Part shown: in pieces, positions 37,636 to 47,695 of the stretch
How the letters are laid out: each line of letters begins with the position of its first letter
Numbering within the stretch: the stretch's first letter is position 1
Position numbers and translations under genes: made by a program
Virus record (IMG/VR): IMGVR_UViG_3300020172_002575
Span: 1 to 54,276 of that record
Direction: 5' to 3' (one strand)
From: a virus
Taxonomy: Duplodnaviria > Caudoviricetes
Length of the DNA stretch: 54,276 bases
Notes under the pieces: model-generated
Database searches by the model: none
What the model was told of the DNA's origin: nothing
What the model saw: the letters and a program-made list of their open reading frames with translations, nothing else

Positions 37636-38358
37636 ATGAAAGATTATTTACACGACATCGTGCAACATACGCACAGCCTTGGCTTTATTGACTTGGTAAA
37701 AATCACAGGCACCGACTCATCTACTGCAATCGAAGCAGTAAGCGAAGACCGTATTGCTATTATTCAAGCTCAGTTTCACAATCCGGTTCCTGAATTTATT
37801 GGTACTTTTGGTATGCCTAGTCTAGGCAAACTTAATACAATTCTAAACATTCCCGAGTACAAAGAAGATGCAGCCATTGTAATGACTCAAAAAACCAGTG
37901 GCGAGCCAGATGGTATTTCTTTTAAAAACAAAAACGGTGATTTTAAAAACGATTATCGTTTAATGACTGCTAATGTGGTCAATGACAAGTTAAAAACTGT
38001 AAAGTTTAAAGGTGTCAAATGGGGAGTAGAAATTGAGCCAAGTGTAGCAGCAATTCAAAGACTCAAATTTCAATCGCAAGCCAACAGTGAAGAAACTACA
38101 TTTATTGCCAAAGTCGAAAACGGCAACTTGGTCTTTTATTTTGGAGACCACTCAAGTCATGCTGGTAATTTTGTATTTGCACATGATGTCGCAGGAACCT
38201 TGACCAAAGCATGGAATTGGCCAGTGGCTGCTGTTATTAGTATCCTAGGTCTACCAGGTGATAAGATGATTCGCTTTAGTGATGAAGGTGCAGCACAGAT
38301 CACTGTTGATTCAGGCCTTGCTGTATATAACTATATTCTACCTGCACAAACCAAGTGA
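37636..38358 (+). CDS. Putative sliding clamp (T4 gp45-like)
   Basis: 240 aa, alternating beta/alpha pattern, ends YNYILPA; near the polymerase, clamp loader present. Confidence 0.65.
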   Translation: MKDYLHDIVQHTHSLGFIDLVKITGTDSSTAIEAVSEDRIAIIQAQFHNPVPEFIGTFGMPSLGKLNTILNIPEYKEDAAIVMTQKTSGEPDGISFKNKNGDFKNDYRLMTANVVNDKLKTVKFKGVKWGVEIEPSVAAIQRLKFQSQANSEETTFIAKVENGNLVFYFGDHSSHAGNFVFAHDVAGTLTKAWNWPVAAVISILGLPGDKMIRFSDEGAAQITVDSGLAVYNYILPAQTK

Positions 38359-39008
38359 TTAGATACCCGTTGAGAAACAACTATTGGCAACGTAGAGGTT
38401 ATCTAACGGGTACGTGCATGTATCATAAAGAAAGTAAACACTGCTATACCAGTATTCCAAAAAATGCAAGCAGTTTTCTAAGAGAATATTTTACAAAATT
38501 TAATTGGCAACATGCCCATATTGATTCAATATCGGATATAAAGGCCAATTTAATAATACTTAGAGATCCAATTGATAGATGGATTACTGGTATGGCGCAA
38601 CACATTACTACAAACATTCTTGGTGAAAATTTTGGTAGTACTCATTATTTAGAATTAGACAATGAGTTAACCCACAGGATAATATTTGATCAAATTGCGT
38701 TCGACGATCACACTGAACAACAATCATGGTTTGTTGAACCATTCAATTTAGATCATGCTGTGTTTTTTTATTTAGATTCTAATTTGGCATCTAACCTAGA
38801 CAATTATTTTTCGCATCTTAATTTAAATTACAATCTTAATTTAAAATCTTTTGTGAACGAAAGCAAAAATAATTTTGACAACAATAATTTAGTTGAACAT
38901 TTTAGAAAATTAGTTTATAATAATGAAAAATATCACACTCAACTAAAATCATATTTTGCTAAAGATTATGATTTAATCTCATCGGTAAAGTTTTATGACC
39001 CAAGATAA
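38355..39008 (+). CDS. Sulfotransferase-like protein
   Basis: IPKNASS (5'-PAPS loop), LRDPIDRW, H...Q and Y..DY motifs. Confidence 0.7.
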   Translation: MIRYPLRNNYWQRRGYLTGTCMYHKESKHCYTSIPKNASSFLREYFTKFNWQHAHIDSISDIKANLIILRDPIDRWITGMAQHITTNILGENFGSTHYLELDNELTHRIIFDQIAFDDHTEQQSWFVEPFNLDHAVFFYLDSNLASNLDNYFSHLNLNYNLNLKSFVNESKNNFDNNNLVEHFRKLVYNNEKYHTQLKSYFAKDYDLISSVKFYDPR

Positions 39009-40560
39009 CTTAACAGCAAAACAATCAGACTATGCAGTGTTTTTACCTGCCATCTCTGGTTTCTATGCAACCTTTATAGGAAAACAACGTGTTAACAATG
39101 ATTATGTTGATCCTGCTCGTATGCCGCAGGCATTACACGACATGGAGCAAATGAACTGGCTAAACAGTCAAAAAGGTTTGTTTCCTTATAAGTGGAGTCT
39201 GTACTCAGGTGGTCATGCCAACCTAGATCTCAACAAAGATGACGCCAGCGAAGATATGGTTCGCAAACGTGAGCCGGGTACGTTCATGCTGGGCGACTCT
39301 GGTGGATTCCAGATTGCCAAGGGTTTGTGGGAAGGTGATTGGCGTGCCAATAGCGGATGCCCTAAAGCACAAAAGAAAAGAGAACTTGTACTAAAATGGC
39401 TAGACGGCATTGCCGACTATGGCATGATTCTAGATATTCCAACTTGGGTTATCCATGATAAAAAAGCCAGTGCAGCATGTCAAATTACTACATTACAAGA
39501 AGCAGTTGACGCCACTAAGTTTAATAACTTATACTTTATGCAGCACCGTAAAGGTAAGAATGCAGGCGGTGCTAAGTTCTTAAATGTATTACAAGGAGAT
39601 AATCATACTTCAGCAGAAGAATGGTATCAAGAAATGAAAGAGTTTTGTGATCCTACAAAATATCCTGATACACATTTTGATGGTTGGGCCATGGGCGGTC
39701 AGAACATGTGTGATATACATCTTATTCTGAAACGTCTTATTACCCTACGCTACGATAATTTATTACAAGAGGGTGTACACGATTGGATGCACTTTTTAGG
39801 TACCAGTAAGTTAGAGTGGGCAGTATTACTTACAGTGATACAAAGAGCTGTAAGGAAGTATGTAAATCCAAATTTTACAATTAGTTTTGATTGTGCTAGT
39901 CCATTCTTGGCTACAGCTAACGGACAGGTTTACCATCACATTGATTTACCACACGAAGGCAAATGGTGCTACAGAATGAGTCCGATTGTAGACGATAAAA
40001 AGTATGCAACAGATACTCGCAGTTATAGAGATGCCATTTTACAAGATAAATTAATCGATCATTTTGATGAATCACCAATTAGTGCTCTGTGTCAAATGAA
40101 AGATATATGTGTGTACAAGCCTGGCGACCTAAATAAGAATGGTAAGGAAGGTAAGACTAGTTGGGACAGTTTTAGTTATGCACTACTAATGGGGCATAAC
40201 GTATGGATGCATATAGAAAGTGTGCAACGAGCCAATAGAGAATTTGATAACGGAAACTATCCTTACATGATGCGACATGATCACATTGACGCTGAATATT
40301 TTGCAGATATTGTTGATAGAATATTTGCCGCTCCTACAAAAGAAGAAGCACTAGCTATTGTTAACGAAGAAAAGTATGCTAGGCCAAAAGGTTATTGGGA
40401 GCAAATCATCGGTACTCGTGGATTTAAAGGCGAAAAGACAACAAACTCAAATACACAATTTAACAATCACTTTGAACTCGAGGGATCCGTAAAGGTTGAA
40501 AAGATTAAAAAAGAGCAACCTAAACCAGTTTTATTACCAAGTATATTTGAGGAGGAGTAA
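38995..40560 (+). CDS. dpdA: tRNA-guanine transglycosylase-like DNA base-exchange enzyme (DpdA family)
   Basis: GDSGGFQ, ILDIP, VLQG, WAMGG, HFLG, SFDCAS and HN motifs; clustered with folE/queD/queE. Confidence 0.82.
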   Translation: MTQDNLTAKQSDYAVFLPAISGFYATFIGKQRVNNDYVDPARMPQALHDMEQMNWLNSQKGLFPYKWSLYSGGHANLDLNKDDASEDMVRKREPGTFMLGDSGGFQIAKGLWEGDWRANSGCPKAQKKRELVLKWLDGIADYGMILDIPTWVIHDKKASAACQITTLQEAVDATKFNNLYFMQHRKGKNAGGAKFLNVLQGDNHTSAEEWYQEMKEFCDPTKYPDTHFDGWAMGGQNMCDIHLILKRLITLRYDNLLQEGVHDWMHFLGTSKLEWAVLLTVIQRAVRKYVNPNFTISFDCASPFLATANGQVYHHIDLPHEGKWCYRMSPIVDDKKYATDTRSYRDAILQDKLIDHFDESPISALCQMKDICVYKPGDLNKNGKEGKTSWDSFSYALLMGHNVWMHIESVQRANREFDNGNYPYMMRHDHIDAEYFADIVDRIFAAPTKEEALAIVNEEKYARPKGYWEQIIGTRGFKGEKTTNSNTQFNNHFELEGSVKVEKIKKEQPKPVLLPSIFEEE

Positions 40561-40562
40561 TA

Positions 40563-40775
40563 ATGTCATACAAGGGACGTATTCAACATTTAGAAGAAAT
40601 GCATAAATTACTTGACAAACAAATTAATGAAATGCAAACCAATCATCCTGGTGTGGATGTAGAACATCTCGCAGAATTAAAAAAGAAAAAGTTGCAATTA
40701 AAGGATGAAATCACTAGACTTAATCGATTGCAATGGGATGAAGATAACGAACGTATAGGATACGGAGACGAATAA
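40563..40775 (+). CDS. DUF465/YdcH-like coiled-coil protein
   Basis: L...H..LD..I...LKKKKLQLKDEI. Confidence 0.75.
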   Translation: MSYKGRIQHLEEMHKLLDKQINEMQTNHPGVDVEHLAELKKKKLQLKDEITRLNRLQWDEDNERIGYGDE

Positions 40776-41290
40776 TGAATAGAAACGGACACGATAATAC
40801 CAGTTTGTTTGCAGGCACTGAAGTAGAACATACTCCGGCATACGGACAAAAAACATTGTTTGTGGTTGGAATTCAGCCACAAGAGTTAATTGAAGCGGCA
40901 TTTATCGTACACAAGTGTACTCACATCTACTTCGGAGCCAATCAAAGTTTTCCAAATATTGGTACAAACAGTTCTGTGTGGACCGAGTGGGAAAATATGA
41001 TTTTTCCTTTCTTGTCAAGAGGATATTGGTGTACGTTGGATATTGATGTAAATCAAGTTGAAGGCCTGTTAGAAAGTGGTTTAACCGAACATAATCAATT
41101 TATTCCCATGATATCGGTTAAATTGCCCTATTTACAACAACTAGGATATAATGCTACAATTAAGCTAGATGACAAAGACTTTGCTGCTACCAATCCAGGA
41201 GTATGGTGTCATAGTTTACACAGTTTAACTAAACGCGAAGGTGTGTTCACTGATTGGTCCAAATATACTAAAGATGAAATAATAAGATGA
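40775..41290 (+). CDS. Hypothetical protein in the deazaguanine cluster
   Basis: GTEVEHTP..G..TLFV, HIYFG and ATNPGVW segments. Confidence 0.78.
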   Translation: MNRNGHDNTSLFAGTEVEHTPAYGQKTLFVVGIQPQELIEAAFIVHKCTHIYFGANQSFPNIGTNSSVWTEWENMIFPFLSRGYWCTLDIDVNQVEGLLESGLTEHNQFIPMISVKLPYLQQLGYNATIKLDDKDFAATNPGVWCHSLHSLTKREGVFTDWSKYTKDEIIR

Positions 41291-41736
41291 ACAATGAACA
41301 AAGAGAGACTGTGGATAGAATTGTATCCAATGCCCAAAGACAGATTTGGGTGAAATTTTCAAAAGAAGGTATTCACTGCTATCCAGCAGCAGCTACTGAC
41401 CCGCAACTTGCCACCGGAGATCAATATGATGTTTCGTTTCTTGCTAATCCACATCGTCATATTTTTCATTTCAGGGTGTCAATTGACGTCTATCACAATG
41501 ACCGTGATATCGAGTTCATCCAATTCAAACGATGGTTGGAATCACTGTATACAGGGGAACAAAATTGTTTGCGACTGGACTACAAAAGCTGTGAAATGAT
41601 CGCAGATGAGTTATATGTCCAAATTGCCAACAGATATCCTGGTCGCGATGTTATAATAAGCGTAAGCGAAGACGATGAAAATGGCTGCACTATCTCTTAC
41701 AACACTCATCAACCACACCTTAAAATTAAAGTATGA
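41287..41736 (+). CDS. QueD-like T-fold protein, DpdL (CDG decarboxylase)-like
   Basis: LANPHRHIF (LxxxHRHxF), RDIEF, SCEMIA and VSEDDENG; lacks the QueD CxxxHG motif. Confidence 0.68.
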   Translation: MNNEQRETVDRIVSNAQRQIWVKFSKEGIHCYPAAATDPQLATGDQYDVSFLANPHRHIFHFRVSIDVYHNDRDIEFIQFKRWLESLYTGEQNCLRLDYKSCEMIADELYVQIANRYPGRDVIISVSEDDENGCTISYNTHQPHLKIKV

Positions 41737-42389
41737 GTACTAAACATTACCATTACAGTGGAAAAAAAACAAATATTCCAATTGAGATAACAGGAATGGA
41801 ATACTTTGGTTCAGAACAAAACATTGAGGATATAGAAACAATAATAAACAACACTGCCGACCCAATGCATATATTGGGGCGGTTTAATGGCCTATGGGAT
41901 GGCGAGCTTGACGACGCTATTAAAACTGCAACCAAAGTAATTTACGCAGATCATCATGAACTAAAAGATTATCTTTACGAAGTTAATAATTTTACAAATT
42001 ATCCTACGCTTCGAAAAATGCCCGAAAAAATGGGATTCGTAAAAGGTAAAAATCATGCTCAAATCCAATTGCAACGTCCTGGTTGTGTAATGACAAAACA
42101 TTTTGATCCAGAATCTATTTTTAATCCATGGTCAAATGAGAAAGATAAATGTGTGAGAGTGCTTATAGCACTTGCTCCATGGGAGTATGGTCAAATAATA
42201 GGTTTTAATAATCGAGTTCTAACAGGTTGGAATAAAGGAGATATAATTTATTGTGATTTTCCTAACACCTGGCATTACACAGCAAATTGTAGTTGGCATA
42301 GTAGACCTCTTCTTCAGGTATCGGGTGTTGCAAGTGATAGCCTACTAAGATTAGTTCAAAATAAAGAATATAACATTTTTAAAATTTAA
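41733..42389 (+). CDS. 2OG-Fe(II) oxygenase-like protein
   Basis: QRPG...KHFD (HxD), WH.TAN and R..LQV motifs. Confidence 0.6.
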   Translation: MSTKHYHYSGKKTNIPIEITGMEYFGSEQNIEDIETIINNTADPMHILGRFNGLWDGELDDAIKTATKVIYADHHELKDYLYEVNNFTNYPTLRKMPEKMGFVKGKNHAQIQLQRPGCVMTKHFDPESIFNPWSNEKDKCVRVLIALAPWEYGQIIGFNNRVLTGWNKGDIIYCDFPNTWHYTANCSWHSRPLLQVSGVASDSLLRLVQNKEYNIFKI

Positions 42390-42431
42390 TGTTATCAACC
42401 CTCTTAATCAATAAAATTCAAGGAGATTAAA

Positions 42432-42653
42432 ATGGCCGCAAAATGGCTCAAGAAGTACCTGACTATGAAACCCGAAGTCACTCAAATTTTTGACGAGCTT
42501 GACAAATATCGTGAGTTTTGTGTTCAATATGGCTACCCGTACGATGAACGTCATCTATACAACAACAATACCCCATGGGGCGAATTTGATCGTACTCGCC
42601 GTGGGAAATATCCAAAAATGAATTGGTACGCCAAGAAGGAACGCAACCAATGA
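42432..42653 (+). CDS. Hypothetical protein
   Basis: AAGGAG SD; IFDEL..YREFC..YG..YDE..LY. Confidence 0.75.
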   Translation: MAAKWLKKYLTMKPEVTQIFDELDKYREFCVQYGYPYDERHLYNNNTPWGEFDRTRRGKYPKMNWYAKKERNQ

Positions 42654-43105
42654 GTGGTGCGTCAAGGGTAAAAGACAGCGCCGATTACGATCTAGAACGT
42701 TTTGTAGAAATGTTCGACCAAGCCATGACCAGCGATGATCCCAGAATCAAAAATGCCTTGCGTCAACTAATGATGATGGTGATTCTTACCGACACCAACA
42801 ATCATGAAGGCGAACAAAAAATTAAACATCATGGGCCGTTACGTAGGATGCAAGAGGATTTGCGTGATCAGTTTAGATGGGTTCAGCGACTCGAACGAGA
42901 AGTCGAAACTTTAAAAAATCAAATGATGTACAACGAAACACAAAGTGAATCTGGATTTAAAGCTCAAGGCGTCTCCCCTAGTGAATACTGGCAAAAAGCT
43001 ATAGCACAAACAAGCATGCTAAGACCACAAGGATTAGAAAATATTCCTGCTAGCACACTACAAGGTCTAAATATCAAGGTCGCTGCAGATACAGGAGAAA
43101 AATAA
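42650..43105 (+). CDS. Hypothetical protein
   Basis: ATGA-coupled; coiled coil. Confidence 0.7.
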   Translation: MSGASRVKDSADYDLERFVEMFDQAMTSDDPRIKNALRQLMMMVILTDTNNHEGEQKIKHHGPLRRMQEDLRDQFRWVQRLEREVETLKNQMMYNETQSESGFKAQGVSPSEYWQKAIAQTSMLRPQGLENIPASTLQGLNIKVAADTGEK

Positions 43106-44301
43106 TGCGTAAGTTATGGTACATGGGCCTAGAGCCTTATAAAGCAAGATACACTTTGCAACTACAAGAGTGGAACCGTGCTGTGTTTGAACGCAGAGGT
43201 ATTGATTATAGAATCGTATACGGACTCAATCTTGACAACAGTCAAAAGATCAGTGTAGGTCAAGTACTGGATGCCCACGGTCGCACGTACTTTGGTATGA
43301 GTCAATTAATGAATCTTGTTCGCATGATGCAACAAGGAGAAATCAACAATGAAGACGTTATACTCTTTGAGGACATGTTTCAACCCGGCATCGAGAGCTT
43401 ACCTTATATTCTTGATCAAGTGCCTGCTAACATGCGTCCTCGCATTGCCGTTCGTTGTCTTGCACAAACTATTGACCCCGATGACTTTGTTCATGTCTGG
43501 GGCATGCAAGAATGGATGGGGCATTATGAAAAGATGGTAGATAGTTTTGCTGATATTGTTCTTGCTACTAATGAAGAAATGGCCATGCACATGAAAGTGG
43601 CAGGATGGAAGGCTCCCGTCTATAACATCTCAGGACTGGCATTTGGCAAGGATGAAGTTCGCAGTCGAGTGCCTGGTGAACTAAAACGATTTGAAGATCG
43701 AACATATCGTGTAGGTTTCGCTGCACGTTGGGATCAAGAGAAGCAGCCCGACTTCTATATGGACCTAATTGAAGAATATCATAAACTTCAAGCACTACCG
43801 TATAACAATTGGCCCCGGGTAGAGTTTTGTATATTCAGTGGTGCCAAGCTACGCAGCAATAACGACAGCTATATGCAACGTACTCGTGAATTGCAGGCTC
43901 GAGGTTTATTAACAGTATATGAGGATCTTGAAAAGAATGATTACTACGCTTTGCTCAATGATACTCGTGTGTTGTTTAATTGCGCCCTTCAAGATTGGGT
44001 TTCCAACACAGTCAGTGAAGCAGATACTCTTGGGTGTAATGTTCTATACCCTGCTTATAGGTCTTTCCCTGAAACTTTTGCTAATGACCCGGACAGACTT
44101 TACATTCCTTGGTCATTGAATGATGCACTTGGAAAACTTGTACAACTGCTCAAGCTACCGCATCATAATATGGGCAAGATATCTGACTGGAACGATGGTA
44201 CCATTGATCGCACATTGGACATACTAGAAGGTCAAGGCGAACAGTGGCTACGTATGAGTACAGACTATCGTAAACATACACACGAAAGCAAATACAAGTG
44301 A
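43105..44301 (+). CDS. GT-B fold glycosyltransferase (candidate DNA glycosyltransferase)
   Basis: FAARWDQEKQP and NCALQDWVSNTVSEA..LGC..YP..RSFPE (GT4-like donor-binding region). Confidence 0.75.
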   Translation: MRKLWYMGLEPYKARYTLQLQEWNRAVFERRGIDYRIVYGLNLDNSQKISVGQVLDAHGRTYFGMSQLMNLVRMMQQGEINNEDVILFEDMFQPGIESLPYILDQVPANMRPRIAVRCLAQTIDPDDFVHVWGMQEWMGHYEKMVDSFADIVLATNEEMAMHMKVAGWKAPVYNISGLAFGKDEVRSRVPGELKRFEDRTYRVGFAARWDQEKQPDFYMDLIEEYHKLQALPYNNWPRVEFCIFSGAKLRSNNDSYMQRTRELQARGLLTVYEDLEKNDYYALLNDTRVLFNCALQDWVSNTVSEADTLGCNVLYPAYRSFPETFANDPDRLYIPWSLNDALGKLVQLLKLPHHNMGKISDWNDGTIDRTLDILEGQGEQWLRMSTDYRKHTHESKYK

Positions 44302-45263
44302 AAATAGTCGTCACAGGAGGATGTGGCTACATTGGTAGTCATATCTCTCGTTATCTTAAACAGCAAGACAAAAATTACACAGTGTATGTGATCGATCGAG
44401 AACGTAGAGATCATACGCTAAAACATATCGACGGATTTCTACATACCGATTATGTATCACGACAAAGCTTGTTATGGTTAGACGAATTACAACCTGATGT
44501 CATTGTACATTGTGCCGGTGATATCTCTGTCAGAGAAAGTGTTGAAGATCCTGCAAAATATTACGATAACAATGTTGCAAAAACAATCACATTCCTAAAT
44601 CATGTTAAGAATTATAAAAAGAAACCGCTTGTTCTTTTTAGTTCTAGTGCTAGTGTGTACGGCAATCCTGATCATGTTCCATTGGTTGAAACAGATCGGA
44701 TAAAACCTATCAGTCCGTATGGCCATACTAAAGACATTATCGAACAAGTACTACAGAACTACAATCAAGCATACGGATTGCCTGGTGTTTGTTTTAGATA
44801 CTTTAATGCAGCTGGTGCAGAACCCAACACATTTGATCTTGGTCAAGCGCCAGGAGCAGGACACATTATAGCAAGGCTGTTAGAATCTAAAATTCGTGAT
44901 GAATTTTTTACTCTCAACGGTGTAGATTTTGCAACTCCAGATAGAACTTGTATTCGAGATTACATACATGTGTGGGATCTAGCCGATGCACATTATCGTG
45001 CTATTCAATGGAATGTCAATCAACAGTTTGGTGTTTTTAATTTAGGTACCAATAGCGGAATAAGCAATCAAGAAATTGTCGATTACATTACCTTAAAATA
45101 CGGACCATTGAAACTACAAGTAGGACCACGTAGACCGGGCGATCCTGATCGATTGATTGCTGATGCCAGTCTGGCACAAAATGTTCTAAAATGGCGACCT
45201 AACTATTCAACAATCAATCAAATTGTTGATAGTGCATACAAGTGGTACACCCGTGAGCTTTAA
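44298..45263 (+). CDS. galE: UDP-glucose 4-epimerase
   Basis: TGGCGYIG, SSSASVYG, YGHTK, RYFNAAG and RDYIHV motifs. Confidence 0.92.
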   Translation: MKIVVTGGCGYIGSHISRYLKQQDKNYTVYVIDRERRDHTLKHIDGFLHTDYVSRQSLLWLDELQPDVIVHCAGDISVRESVEDPAKYYDNNVAKTITFLNHVKNYKKKPLVLFSSSASVYGNPDHVPLVETDRIKPISPYGHTKDIIEQVLQNYNQAYGLPGVCFRYFNAAGAEPNTFDLGQAPGAGHIIARLLESKIRDEFFTLNGVDFATPDRTCIRDYIHVWDLADAHYRAIQWNVNQQFGVFNLGTNSGISNQEIVDYITLKYGPLKLQVGPRRPGDPDRLIADASLAQNVLKWRPNYSTINQIVDSAYKWYTREL

Positions 45264-45840
45264 CGCAATATTACAATTCGAAAAACAATTGGCTGAATAC
45301 ACAGATGCGCCTTATGCCATCATGACTGACTGTTGTACTCATGCTATCGAACTTTGCTTGCGATATCAACGTGTGGATCAAGTGGCATTTACAGCATGGA
45401 CCTATTTGAGTATTCCCATGCTCATGCACAAATTGGGTATCATGTATATGCATACCGATGAATCATGGATTGGAGAATACCAATTTCATGGAACCACGAT
45501 TTGGGATAGCGCACGTAGACTGGAACGTGGAATGTATAGGTCCGGGCAGATGCAGTGTTTGAGTTTTGGTCATAACAAGCCTTTACAAATAGGCCACGGT
45601 GGTGCTATAATACTAGACAACAAGGAAGCATATGGCTTTTTACTACAGCAGAGATACGATGGCAGGGACTTATCCGTTGCGCCATGGCAAGAACAACGTG
45701 TTTTCAAGGTTGGGTACCATTATAGGCCCTCTATTGAAGACGCACAACATGGTTTGGAAAAACTGCCCTTAGTCAATGAGCAACCTAAATATCACGACTA
45801 TCCGGATCTTAGAGATATCACAATTATTGGAGACACTTAA
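45253..45840 (+). CDS. Short DegT/DnrJ/EryC1/StrS-family PLP aminotransferase-like protein
   Basis: FEKQLAEY, CTHAIELCL, DSA and SFGHNKPL..GHGG motifs; only ~195 aa; GTG start inferred. Confidence 0.72.
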   Translation: MSFNAILQFEKQLAEYTDAPYAIMTDCCTHAIELCLRYQRVDQVAFTAWTYLSIPMLMHKLGIMYMHTDESWIGEYQFHGTTIWDSARRLERGMYRSGQMQCLSFGHNKPLQIGHGGAIILDNKEAYGFLLQQRYDGRDLSVAPWQEQRVFKVGYHYRPSIEDAQHGLEKLPLVNEQPKYHDYPDLRDITIIGDT

Positions 45841-46604
45841 TGGTTTATAACAAAGTATACGAAAGCAATGACGAAACAGCATTAGATGCAATGGCAGGCG
45901 ACGGCGGATATAAGGAATCTACCCTATCTGCTGTACTACGTGCTAAAATGAAACGAGAAGGAAAAAGATATTGGGCTGGAGACAATGTCAGTGATTACTT
46001 ACACGAAAGTGATCGAGAACATTTAATCAACGAAGCTACACAAGCATTTGAACAAGTATTAGATACTCTTCTTATTGATAGAGAGACTGATCCTAACAGT
46101 CAAGGTACAGCAAGGCGTCTTGCAAAAATGTATTACAATGAATTAATGGCAGGTAGATATGACCCGACACCGAACGCAACTGCATTTCCAAATGACACTG
46201 ATGGAGCGTACGATGGTATGCTCGTCGTCCGTTCCGAGCTTAAGAGTGTTTGCAGCCATCATCACCAACCTGTATCAGGCGTGGCGTATATTGGCATCAT
46301 TGCTGGTCCAAAACTCATCGGCCTTAGTAAGTATACAAGAATCGCTCAGTGGTGTGCGAGGAGAGGTACATTGCAGGAAGAACTTTGTATGGACATTGCC
46401 CGGGAAATTGAGTTTGCAACTGGGAGTAAGGATGTGGCGGTTTATATACAAGCCACACATGGATGCTGCGAGAATCGTGGCATTATGGCGCACAGTAGTC
46501 TTACCCAGACCACAGTTCTAAGAGGCGCATTTAAAGACGATCAAAGCACTAAGAAAGAGTTCTTTGATAATATCAAACTACAACAGGAGTTTGCCCCAAG
46601 ATGA
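45840..46604 (+). CDS. folE: GTP cyclohydrolase I
   Basis: TARR.AKM, SVCSHH, GLSK..R, QEE and HGC..RG motifs. Confidence 0.95.
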   Translation: MVYNKVYESNDETALDAMAGDGGYKESTLSAVLRAKMKREGKRYWAGDNVSDYLHESDREHLINEATQAFEQVLDTLLIDRETDPNSQGTARRLAKMYYNELMAGRYDPTPNATAFPNDTDGAYDGMLVVRSELKSVCSHHHQPVSGVAYIGIIAGPKLIGLSKYTRIAQWCARRGTLQEELCMDIAREIEFATGSKDVAVYIQATHGCCENRGIMAHSSLTQTTVLRGAFKDDQSTKKEFFDNIKLQQEFAPR

Positions 46605-46774
46605 ATGTAGATATTCAACCTAAAGATACCAGCAAGGGACATTTTTATGTTAGCCTTGCTAAAAGTGGGATTAGAATATTTGCCGGCGGTGTATTGATGG
46701 CCGGAAATGTTTGGTTAGCTGGTTTATGTATTGTGCTAGCCGAAGTGTTGGGTGTCGTTGAAGAAATTGTTTAA
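46601..46774 (+). CDS. Small membrane protein (57 aa, not in ORF track)
   Basis: AGGAG SD, ATGA coupling; HFYVSLAKSGIRI...AEVLGVVEE. Confidence 0.65.
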   Translation: MNVDIQPKDTSKGHFYVSLAKSGIRIFAGGVLMAGNVWLAGLCIVLAEVLGVVEEIV

Positions 46775-46785
46775 AGGAGATAAAA

Positions 46786-47463
46786 ATGAATTACGCTTTG
46801 CCTTATAGAACAGCTACAGAAATTAATGCTGCAATGAGTCGGGTATACGGCAACATGGCCTTGGCTGTGTTTACTAGTATGATTGTGAGTATGTTAGTAG
46901 CATCAAATACTGCCTTGATGGCATTTTTGTTTACTGGCGTTGTGAAATGGATTGTGATATTTGCACCGTTGGCAGCAATTTTTGCAGTGGGGTATGTGTT
47001 AGGAAACAATCCAAGTCGATCCACTGCACAACTGTGTTTGCATGGATTTGCTGCACTAATGGGTCTTAGTTTTGCAACAATTTTTGTTATCTATACCGCA
47101 GGCAGTATTGCCAGTGCTTTCTTGGGCGCAGGCATTCTGTTTTGTGTAATGAGTGTGTATGGATACTTTACCAAAAAAAGTTTGGACAGTGTAGGCAAGT
47201 ATCTTTTTGTTGCGCTAATAGCCATTATTATTACTAGCATCGTAAATATCTTTATAGGATCGTCCTTGCTTCAAACTATAATTAGTGCCGCGGCGGTTGT
47301 AATCTTTTTAGGCCTAACAGCGTATGATACTCAAAAAATTAGAGAGCAATTGATGGAATCGGACGGTCCTGCAATTGAAGTCATGGGTGCTCTTACTCTT
47401 TACTTAGATTTTATTAACTTATTTCTAAGTCTACTTCACTTGTTTGGAGACCGGAAAGAATAA
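46786..47463 (+). CDS. Bax inhibitor-1/YccA family membrane protein
   Basis: Seven TM helices; AYDTQKI and ALTLYLDFINLFL motifs. Confidence 0.92.
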   Translation: MNYALPYRTATEINAAMSRVYGNMALAVFTSMIVSMLVASNTALMAFLFTGVVKWIVIFAPLAAIFAVGYVLGNNPSRSTAQLCLHGFAALMGLSFATIFVIYTAGSIASAFLGAGILFCVMSVYGYFTKKSLDSVGKYLFVALIAIIITSIVNIFIGSSLLQTIISAAAVVIFLGLTAYDTQKIREQLMESDGPAIEVMGALTLYLDFINLFLSLLHLFGDRKE

Positions 47464-47470
47464 AACGTAA

Positions 47471-47695
47471 ATGTCCGATGAAGAAAAAGATGTTAAAGCA
47501 GAACTAAAAAAATTTAAACAAAAACCAAAATTAACAGTACCAGCTGAGTTTCTTGACAATGCCAAAAGCTACGAAGATAAACTTACATTGGTAAAGATTT
47601 TGACTGAGAAAGAAAAAGGTAGGGTAATGCTAATCATCAAAAAAATGATAGCGCAAGGCATGCAGGAAGACAAAAAAAAGAAAGGTTTAAAATGA
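47471..47695 (+). CDS. Hypothetical basic protein
   Basis: ORF. Confidence 0.6.
   Translation: MSDEEKDVKAELKKFKQKPKLTVPAEFLDNAKSYEDKLTLVKILTEKEKGRVMLIIKKMIAQGMQEDKKKKGLK

Noticed and set aside
38995-40560. Canonical tRNA-modifying Tgt (queuosine pathway)
   Set aside because: It is longer and divergent, lacks the CxCxxC Zn motif, has no queA/queF/queG nearby, and sits in a phage replication context; DpdA-like fits better, though a tRNA target is not experimentally excluded.
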